A stretch of DNA of 64,000 bases from Lingula anatina. Its lineage: Eukaryota > Animalia > Brachiopoda. The stretch's first letter is position 1. Every line of letters starts with the position of its first letter. The notes under the pieces were generated by a model. That model saw only the letters and a program-made list of their open reading frames with translations, made no database searches and was not told the DNA's origin. Made by a program: the position numbers and the translations under genes. Positions 1 through 11,300 of the stretch are shown here, one piece after another. The stretch spans positions 28,896,848 to 28,960,847 of the forward strand of contig CM120643.1 in NCBI GenBank assembly GCA_051362555.1, in the 5' to 3' direction.

Positions 1-649
1 TCCCTCAAAAAATGAAATAAAATAAAATAGAAATAAATAAATTAATAAATAAATAAAAGCCCTGTTTTTGTCTCTTAATATATTTTTGCTTCTCCTCCCC
101 CGCACAGACACAATGTTCTGGATCTACCTGTGCTGTTTACATTACTGTTACATTTTAATTAAAACAATGTGAAAAGTAAAGTCTTCTGTACCACTCAATA
201 AAGTCTCTGTGCAGTTTACATTAGATGACGTTATGCCTGGTTAAATTTTTGTCCTTGGTTTAGCCTGGATGTAGCTGTCTTCACATCCCTGGGGAGCTGG
301 GATACAGAACTTGTCTTATATTATTATTATTCTTTATTGGTTCTGATGCAGTATAAATACAGGCTATAACCAAACTAAAGTACATGAAATCCATTGAAAC
401 AATATCAATTCTAATACGTACATTACACAATGGGAATTCAATATATTTTTAGCGCAGCTTTGTGTGTGGTGTACCAAATAAGCTCTATAATCTAAACCAT
501 ATGAATTTAATAATCAATACTCACAAGGACATGCCCCCCCTTAAAAAAGAGAAAATAAAATAAAATGACTTCCTGCATCTAGAATGAAATAGTCAAAGGT
601 TTAGGTGGTACGAGCCCTTTATTACTTATTTATCATTCTTTGTACTGGG

Positions 650-3600
650 TTACAAATTAACTGGATTCTGAATTTTCTCCAAGTTATGTTGTACTGCATT
701 TTTCAGAAAAGTGATCCACTGTACATCTTCATCAAATGTCACGTGGGAAGTCCTGAAATGAAGAAGTTCAGCTTTAGAAACAAGAACAAACCTCTACCAT
801 ATTTTACATATACCACCAGTAACCAGATTTCATTATATTTTGAGGAGTGCAACTTGAAGTGCAAAAATATTTTAAAGCTAGAAAATTACTTACTTTAACA
901 TCGTGATGGCAATTATATAGTTTATGGTTTAATACACCAACAACAAGATATTCAGTCAACAGTGCAACATCATTCATCAAATTTTTTATCCACATTCTTA
1001 ATATACTGACAGTCAATGAAAACGCATCAGAAAACTTTCTTGTACTTTTTTACCGAGAATCAATTCCTACCATATAAACGAGTACAAATGCACTTGTTTG
1101 GTCATAAGAGAGTGGGCTGACCACTATTTCATATTTCACATATTTTCTTAATTTGCCAAAGGAACTTAAATATTATTTGATAAATAATGATGTGTTTTCA
1201 TTGACTGTCAGTATATATTAAAGTGAGAATATCACTATCACATTTCTTGAAACAACCACTTTTTAAATGCCTCTTAATTTGTTAGTTATTATTTTCCTGT
1301 CTTATTTAATTCATAAATTTTTAAAATGCCAACGCTACTACACATGTGGGCATATGCATGCCTGCACACACATGTACATTGACATGTGCACACACTTACT
1401 TTGACAGCTCTAAAAGCTCCAATACAATATCTGCCAGTTTTCTTGCCTATAGAACAAAAACCAAAGATGACATTTAAAAGTTGACTTTATGAACGTAATG
1501 TGAAATAGGTAAAATAATATATTTCTAGGTTCAAAAATGTGACTTAAGTTGAAAACACTGAAAAACATACAATTTCATTAATGGATATCAACATTAAATA
1601 TTAAAACAAATCCATTAATTTGAAAAATAACATGAAAGAAAAATCAATGCAAATCATTTGAAAAAATACCAGCTGACATCCATAACTATACAATGAACAC
1701 AACTATTTATTTATTACACATACATTGTCTTTTGCCATATCAAGGTCCAATGGAGCATACAATCCAGAAACAAAGTCATCCACAGCAGGGCTGGTTAACC
1801 TCACAACATCTGCTAATTCGTCCAGTTCTGTGATCTGTGCTGCTGTCGCACATTCTCCGTTAATTCTCACAGCAATGGACGTTTTCTTCAGGCAAGCTTT
1901 TACCGCTTTAACCAGTCCTATGCATGGTGCTATTGTCCTTTTGTCTGCCTCAGACCATGTTTCTTCCTCAAGGTCATCACTGTCAGCATCACCAAGGTCA
2001 AGGTCATCCAAGCGACCTTCATTTTCCACAGCCTGTAATATAATAATACAATTATATTTCACCTCAGTGGGGAAATAAATCATTATCCTTGTTTTCTAAG
2101 TACTAAAATTTTGATTACAGTTTGAAACAAGGTAACATACTGAGGGAGGATATCACCTTCCCCAAGTGAAAGTGAATTTGTGACCTTATAAAAAAGGTCA
2201 AGATGACCTTATTTCATTTTCTCATCCAGTAATCTCTTCTGTATCAAATATTTCCCCTCAACTGTTGTCAGGTTATCTTGTCATAGGGACCAGAAAAACA
2301 CAGACACCTTTTCTATAATGGCTCTTCACCAGGCTATTTAGAAAGAAAGGAATTTGAGAAATTGGTAAATTTCTCACTTCAGTTCAATAATGTAAAATCA
2401 TTGCTCATGTCACTTTTAAATGAGATTAAAATCTCTGTAGAACTTACTGCTTCCAGTTCTTCTAAAGCATCTTTTACCAAGTTACTAGCACCTGTTACCA
2501 CTGTAATCACTGCTGCTTTGTTATCTGGCAAAAGAAAAAAACCTTAATTATCTGTAATACGTAAAGAATAATGAAATTAAACACCATTTGTATTTTATAT
2601 GTCAAGTCTGAATATGAAGTGTACAATTCACGTTGTATTTTTTCTAAACATTTTTACAAGAAATGTGGATGCTGAAAATCTTCCCACAACTAATGAGTAA
2701 AGATAATTTAAAAACCAATAAAAGAAAAATATATAATTTAAATAAATAATTTTTCCTAAATATTACTCTTTGTTAAGCTTGGCATTACTCTTTTCTACAA
2801 AAGGAGAATCTGATATTTTCTTTTAAGTAGAAGACAAAACCTAAAATTTATCACAACACTCAGATACTTATTAATCTACCTTTTGGAGTATCTTTGATGC
2901 CATTGCAACTCTCCCAAACTTTCCCAGTTGACTGCAGCTGATCTGCAGAGCTGGAAAAAATAAGGACACTATTTCATTCTTTGTTTAATTATTAATGCAA
3001 ATCTTTTCTGCTTTAATAAATTTCTAGCTAATTTCTTTTCAAAACCTTAACAAGAAATGTTTCCTCACATTATGTTCCTTCATTTTATTATCCATTCCTT
3101 TATTTATTTATTCATTCATTCAATCACTCAATTATTGATCTATTAATCTTTTTATTATTTCTTTAGTTATTTATTCTACTTTTCTAGCTATATATATACA
3201 GGATGACCACCATCCTTCAAACATAATGTTACAATAAACAATCTGATCATTAGGCTGTGGTTGTCACTCCGAGTCCAGTCTCTGCAAATTTCAGAGGCTT
3301 GTTTATAACAGAGCTGCCTTTCAGGTAATCTCTGCCACTCAGGCCCCTCCCCTCCAAGTCCACAGTTTACCCTGCTGTCTCTGCCTGTGCTATCCTCCTG
3401 ACCAGCTCCTGAACCCCCTCTATGATGTCACAGACTGCATCCACTGATGACTTCCACAAGGTTAAACCTACAGTGCAATAATTGAGAAAAGAATTAAAAG
3501 TATGCATTATATTTAATAGTAACTTGTACTTAACTTTATATATTCAAAATCAACAATGTTCTTATTTCAGGAATGATTTTTGGTTGTAAGACAAAGAGTA

Positions 3601-5281
3601 GAAAGAAAAGGTTCAGTTCAGTTTCAACTGTGGTGTCTGGGGGTGGCTTAAGGTGGAAATTAAACTGCCAAGAAAAATAATATCAAATTTTCAATTTAAA
3701 TATAAAAATGTGTGCCATTATATAACATTTACCACACAGAAAAACCAGGAGGGAGCCTCAATGTTGTATCAAACAATGACACCAGGTGTGACAGGCCAGC
3801 TATATGTATAAAGCTTACAGAAAGTACAGAACAAGCCTGCATTGATGACAGAAAAATAAACCCCTCAAACAGCCAAACAGTCAAACCAGGAAGTAACCTC
3901 AAAATGTTATTTAACATTGACTACAGGTACAATAACCCTCTAACTCAATTGAAACAGGGTGAGAAAACAATATCCACCTCAGGTAAACCAAAGTCTACAA
4001 GAGCACAGGCTGTTGGACATAAAAGAAAACACTCAATTTCTTCAAGATCAGGGTTTTAGAAGATCACCGTGTGCTGTGGCACATGGACGTTACCATGTTC
4101 CTGTTCATTTTTGCCATGGGTTTCAGCACTAGAATGAATCTACCTGTTGAGGCACAGGTTACAGGTGAGTCCAATTAAAAAAAGACAACATCCAACTGTT
4201 TGACGGATAAAAGGCCCCAGGTTAGTGCAATAGAATATATGTAAATTATAAATGTTAGCAATAAAACAGAATTTAAATATTATAACATTCCCTTACAAGA
4301 CATGTGGATGGTGCCCACCCAGACATTTGTTGTCTTTATATCTTTGCAATCTGGTTGGACAAGGGAAATTCATTACTTTTGACATATACATATCTGCACA
4401 ATTATCTAATATATCTTTACCTTAATAACTATTTCCAAACTATCTACTGCCTTCATAAAGTTCAGACTTCTTAAAACTTTATCCAAACGACTTTTTAAAA
4501 GTTTGTGCAAACTTAATAGAAAATATGAGTTAAAAATATTCCACATCATATTTTAGAACAATCCATCATCATCAGTGTCACTTTAACTTCTCTATATTTG
4601 CTCTTGCAGAAATGTTTAGAAGGTCAAGCTGTAAAGGAGATGCCATGGTTCTCATGTGTCCCCAAGGGTCCAGTATCACAGTACTTGAGGCTGTGTATGG
4701 TTACACATTATCAACAGACCACAACTGTGCTGAGGGCAGTCCACCATACTGCAATGTGAACCTCCCAACTGACATACAGCTTACCTGTGATCACAAAGAA
4801 AACTGTACTTTTATTGCAGAATCCAGACATGCTTCATATTGGTTAGGTTGTCCATATAACTTGACCAACAACCTTATTGTTACTTATACCTGCTCTGGGA
4901 TGACACTAACAACTAAAACAACAACAGTGTCTTCCTCCTCACCAGCCACCATTACAGTATACCCAACATACCGCTTTACTTCCCCAGTATCTGCTACAAG
5001 TGCACAGAAAACAACAGCAACAGAGACAGCAAAGCAAGGAAATCCTGAAACAGCCCTTCCTTTTACTAGTTCTATTACAATTATAGGTACTATTTCTGAT
5101 ACTTTAGGATCCACAGTAAACACTTTAAATCCTATAAGAAACTTAAGGATTGATGGAATTCAATGTATGTAATGTAACTTAATACAAGGTCATCAACTTA
5201 TGAGTTAATGCTATTAATTCATAAAAATACATCAGGACAAAGGTGACAGCAATATTGCATTTTTGGTAAAAACTATGACAT

Positions 5282-5352
<71 letters not shown>

Positions 5353-8300
5353 TAGATAACAATTTGAGTCTTTTACAGCACAGTATATCCACTGTTTTAG
5401 GTGCTGTCATTGGAGGCACAATTGGAGCCATATCATTGGGGCTGCTGATTTTTAACATAGCTGCTATCTGCTATATAATCAGGTAAATTAAACTTTGAAC
5501 TTTTTCACTTTCTTTAAAAACTTTATCTGTAACAGGAGCAAGGGAGGGCCCCAAAGACCTGAAATGTTTTCAGAACCAAAACTATGTGTGCTAGTCTTCA
5601 AACCTCTTCCTCAGTTCTGTTGCAAACAAGGCTAAAATGGCAAGCTGAGTCTCAAAGCCCTATACAAATGTGTCATAGGTCATGTGACTTTGAGCCCATT
5701 CCCACAGATCTATCTCCCTGGGGAGTCTCACTAAATTGCTGTCAACATGACCGGCTTAAAGTCTGTCAGACCCGGTAAAGCTGTAAGGGGGAAATTATCT
5801 TTATCTCCTAGGTGATTCGGTAGGCATGAAAGACACATAAGCCAGTTATTTGATAGCAATTTAGTGAGACTCCCCAGAGAGTTAGGTCAATTCAGATGGA
5901 TCGATCTAAGTATGGGAACCCAGTCTTAGTGTCTGCTTTTTTCATATCTAAAAAGGTCTAAAGAAGAAGAACATTTACCTAATTAAAAAATAATCTTATA
6001 AAAGTCAGCTGTATCTGAGGATTTTTTTCTTTACCATTGTAGAAAGAAAAGATCTGAAGAAGCTTTACCCAAATCTCCCGACCATTCTGACCAGACCCAT
6101 GGCAACCAAGATAGCAGTGAGGGTGGGGAAAATGTTTATGCACAGTTAGGAGAGCAGGAACCCCAGCAACAATACACTGAGCTTGAACTCCAGAGAAGAG
6201 GTACTCAGTTCTACGAAGAGAAAGAGAGACAGTACGTGAACCAAGCTTTAGCCCAATCTTCGGACTTTTCTGACCAAACCCACTGGAATCAGGCTGATAG
6301 AGAAGGTGGTGAAAATGTTTATGCACAGTTAGGAGAGCAGGAACCCCAGCACCAATACACTGAACTTGAACTCCAGAGAAGAGGTACTCAGTTCTATGAA
6401 GTGAACGAGAGACAGTACGTGAACCAAGGTTTTCAAATGGGTGTTGCTGACAGCCATGGCATATAAAATCAACTTTTTCAAGATCAAACTGATGATACCC
6501 AGAAAATGGACCTACATGAAATCATAACAGCTGAATGTCAGAAGGAACATATCTATATTACGAACATATTTACCAATAGTATACACAACTGTATGGGACA
6601 GTATATACAAGGCAGCAAAGCTGTCAAATGTACAGACAAAAAGCACATAATAAAGATGCACAAAATATATAATTTTGTCCATTTTGATGCAATAATGCTT
6701 ATAACAGCACAAAATAATAATATATAATGCTTAACAGCATAAGCACCATTACTATTGCTTATATGTGGATATATAGAAAATGATACTTGACGCACAGAGC
6801 TTAAGGTGGATGGGAATGAAAAGTCACATCTTGAAAATGCCATTTTGAAAAATGAAAAAAGGAAACATTACAAAAATATTCCAATAAAGCTGCTATTCAG
6901 TGTAGCCATGTTAATATGATATGAATCATCCCACTTGAGTTTGAAGATAATAAGGCACAGACATCTGTGTCTGTACATAAAAACTGGTACTTCAAAACAG
7001 ACCAGCTACATGTATAAAGCTTATTTATGTACAGAACCTGCACCGATGACAACAATGACAAACCACGCAAAGTTCAAATGAACAATGTTCTTTTTTTGTG
7101 ATGCCAAACAGTCAAACCAGGAAGTAACCTCAAAATGATATTTAACATTGACTACTGGTCCAACAATCCTTCAAATCATTTGAAACAGACTTTACACATC
7201 TCAAGTAAAACCAAAGACTACAAAAACAAAAATTGTTGGACACACGATAAAACACTCAATATCTTCAAAATCAGAGTGTAATAAGATCATTATTTGCTGT
7301 GGAACATGGAAGGCAGGTTTCTTGTAATTTTTGTCTTGGGTTTGAGCATTAGACTGGATGTATCTGGTGGGGCACAGGTTACAGGTGAGTGGAACAGAAG
7401 TCAATATAAGTAAATAAACACAGCATTCTTTTATGGAGCATATGGATGATGCCCACACATATATTTATAGACAATCTTCATATTGGGAGTGTTGCAATTT
7501 AGTTTGATGGGGGAATTTTTGAGAAACTTCTGACATATTTTCAGCACAAATGTCTGTGGTAATCCACTCAAAGTATCAACTGTATTCACTATGCTAAAGT
7601 TTTTCAAAACTTTATGGAAATAATGTTTACAGTTTGTGTACACTTTACTGAAAATATGTGTAAAAAACAAATATTCCATGAACTGTTTGTTATAAAACTT
7701 ATGTTAGAACAATATATACTGTCAATGTCACTGCAAATACTTTCTCTGTTTTTGTTTTTGCTCTTGCAGGTAATATTACAGTAGCAAGCTGTGAGGGAGA
7801 TGTCTTGTTTCTTATGTGTCCCCCAGGGTATCATATCACAGTACTTAGGGCAGTGTATGGCTACACACTATCCACACACAATAACTGTTCTGAGGGAAGC
7901 ATGCCAGAGTGTAACAGAAACCTACCATTTACCATACAGTTGTTCTGTGATAACAGAGAAAACTGTAGTTTTTTAACAGAAGCCAGATTTGTGCCACAAG
8001 GGTCTGGTTGTCCATCTAGCAGAACCAACAACCTTATGATTACATATACCTGTTCAGGGATAACAACAACAACAACAACAACAACAGTGTCTTCCTCCTC
8101 ACCAGCCACCATTACAGTAGCCCCAACATACCACCACACTTCTCTAGTATCTACAACTTTGGTTACTGCTACAAGTACACAGAAAACAACAGTGAAAGAG
8201 ACAACAAAGCAAGGAAACACAGAAACAGCCCTGTCTTTTACCAATTCTATTACCATTATAGGTACTATTTCTGATACTTTAGGATCCACAGTAAACACTT

Positions 8301-11300
8301 TAAATCCTATAAGAAACTGAAGGATGCATACAAAGTCAATTTTTTGTCACAAAAACCAACCAAATGCCAGCATATAGTTTTAAGTAGTATAACTAAGAGA
8401 ATTGCAGAAAGGCAATGTTTAATTTTACCCGAAAATGATGTTTGAACGGGATTTTTCTGCTAGTAGTAGGCTTGTTAAGGACCAAAAAATGGACAAACGC
8501 TGTGTGACGATGTAGTGTGTTAGCTGAGATTATTTTATATTGCTACCGGTAGATGTCTCTGTAAGTAAAGTGTTGTCCGGTGTGCAAGTTTGAATCTCTC
8601 CCGTGATTGGTAACCTAAAGGTAAAACTGTTCACTGTATAGTTGGTTCTGATTGGTAAACGTGTACTATCTGAACTTGTATATAAGGTGTAACGTGAAAT
8701 AAATCGGTCTCTTTGGCTTCTCTCTCTAGCCTCTTTGCGGCTGACTCTTTGGCTCTTTGGCTTCTTTGCGGATCTTTGAGACTCTCTCTATTTATACTCT
8801 GAGACACCAGTAAGTAGCCTACATTGTTATTTGTACCTTCATAAGGCACTCGGCCGCGAAGGCGTAACAATTGGCGCAGCCGACAGGATAGAGTTTGTGT
8901 TGCTTATTAATTGACAGGATAGAATTTTGTGAAGCTAACGTTGTCAATTTACGGGATAGAATTTGTGTAGCTTGTGTAGTTAGAGGATAGAATTAGTAGT
9001 TATTAGTGATATTGGAATTTTTGAAAAGCTTTGTGTATGGCTGAGTGAGAGTTGGAAAGATAGTGACACGTGTTAGTCGGGACTTGTTGCAAGACGCGAA
9101 CTAGTCGGAACATATTGCAGTGATATTTCATTTTCATTGTTGTTTGATACTCGCGGCAATTCAGTAAATATTGTCAAAGTAGTATTCATTTTAGTAGTTT
9201 AGAGATATTTTGTATTAATTTTCTGTTGTGAAACTACACCTGCGGAGATATAGTGGACCACGTGTACTGAGAAGTAGTCGGAAAGACCACGTGTACTGAG
9301 TAGTAGTCGGACAGACCACGTGTAATTACAGGCCAGTGCGTGTAGAGCCTTATGTTGTAATTGGAATACAGAACATAATTTAGTGAGTTTATTTACAAAG
9401 AAAAGCATTTATTTAAAATAAAGGTTTCAAATTTGTGTTTTTCACTGACTTGCTGAATGAAGGAGTGATTGTGAATTGTTTATTGTATATTTTTATCAAT
9501 ATTGCAATAGCATATATTGATAGAGTACTATTCTACCTTGTTCGTCTGTGTTGAAAGTGTTTCATCATAGGTGTACATGTGAGTAGGTTGAATAGTGTGA
9601 GAAATTTGTTTGTATTTACTGTGAAGTTTAGTAGTGGCTTTTTGCTGAAACTTTCTTCAAACAGTAAAGTGTGGTAGTGGTGAAAGTATTTTATTGTGTA
9701 GTTTTTGTGGCACAGCTGCATTGCTATTATCAATAAAATTGTGTAATAGGTTGTGGGAAACTGGAAGTGAAAATGGCGTCGGGTAACGTAGAAAGCAGTG
9801 TTGTGTTGAATGTGCAGACAGCGTCTGAGACAGAATTGAAAAATTTGAAAGGAATTGGTCCAGTGAAAGCTCATAGATTGGTGTCTTTGAGAAATCAAAA
9901 AGGAAAATTGCTGTTGAGTGATTTGGAAGAAATCACTGGTATTAGTGTAGCAGAATGGCAGAAATGGGAAAAGAAGGGTAATGTGATTCTGGGTGTAATG
10001 GAAGAAAAAGATGGTTCAAAAGTTGGAGATGAAAAAAAGGAAGAGAGTGTGAATTGGGAAGAAAAGTATAGAAAGTTGATGGAGCGAGTGAAGGTACAAA
10101 ATGAAATGATATCAAATCTTCGAGATGAGGTTGAAGAAGCTGGAGAAAAGATGGAATTTTTATCAAGTGAATTGGAGATAAATGATGCTAAAGTGAAAAA
10201 GTTGGAAAATGAAAAGAGTGAATGGGAAAAAGAGAAATATGCTTTGGAAAATGAAAAGTATAGTTTGGAAAATGAGAAGTGTGATTTGAAAAATGAAAAT
10301 GATATGTTGAAAGAAAGAAATGTGAAAATTCAGAGTGAGTTGGGAAAAACTAAACAAGTGTTGATGAAAAAAGAAATGGAAATGGAAGAAGAGTGTCGAG
10401 AGTATTCCACAAAAGAAATGATGTTACATACACAGGTTGAAACACAGAATGAATTGTTGAGAAAACGTGTAGAAAGTTTGCAGAAGTGTGAAATTGAAAA
10501 AATGGATTTGAAATTGCAATTGGATGAGATGACAGCCCGTCATGATCATTTGCAAATTCAGTATGAAAGAATGCATTTACAGCATGATTTAGAAAAAATT
10601 CCAAGGCCAACTCCTAGAAATATTAAAACTACTAGACCCACACCTGCACCTAGAAGTAGTAAAAAGAAAAGTTTGGAAACCCCTGTGAAAAAACCAATAC
10701 TGAAACTAGCAGAGAGTGAAAGTGATAGTGAAAGTGAAAGTGAATCTGAATGTGAACAGAAAAGAGTTCCTTTAGTTGAAAGAGAAAAAGGACCTGTTCA
10801 TAAAATGCCTAGTTTTAGTGGGAATGGAAGAGAAAATTGGGAAGCTTTTGTATTTAAATTTGAAGGAATGGCAGAAAGATACGGATGGAATGATAAAAGA
10901 AAAACTAGCAGAATGATTGAATGTTTGGAAGACAGAGCTCTTGAGTATGCGGTGGAGTTTGGAAACTGCAAATATAAACGTTTGAAAGAAGTGATGTCAA
11001 AACGTTTTAGTATGAAAGAGTCTGCTTCATCTGCGCGTAGAGCACTTCAATCAATGAGGCAGGGTGAAAGTGAATCTTTGCAAGATTTTTCTCATCGTGT
11101 GTTCATGGCATCTAGAGAGGGATATGCAGAAGGTGGTGAGGGAATAGCTGTGGATTCATTTTTGAGAGGGTGTCGTGACAAAGAATCTGCAAAATTGGCT
11201 ATGGATAAAGAGCCTAAAGATTTATTTGAAGCGTTAGAGTTTGTGAAAGTTGCAAACAATAACTTCAAAGCTGTGTATGGTACAGGTGGAAGAAATGTGC

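Noticed and set aside
5979-6326. Minus-strand ORFs repeated at 25028-25393 and 28105-28467
   Set aside because: Antisense shadows of the ITAM tail exons.
8631-8870. Identical antisense ORFs in both LTRs (also 18014-18271)
   Set aside because: Identity simply reflects LTR duplication; no ATG start inside the LTR and no recognisable motif.
9773-9990. Bacterial comEA contamination or a recent HGT fragment
   Set aside because: In frame with gag, same base composition, and inside an LTR element within spliced eukaryotic genes.
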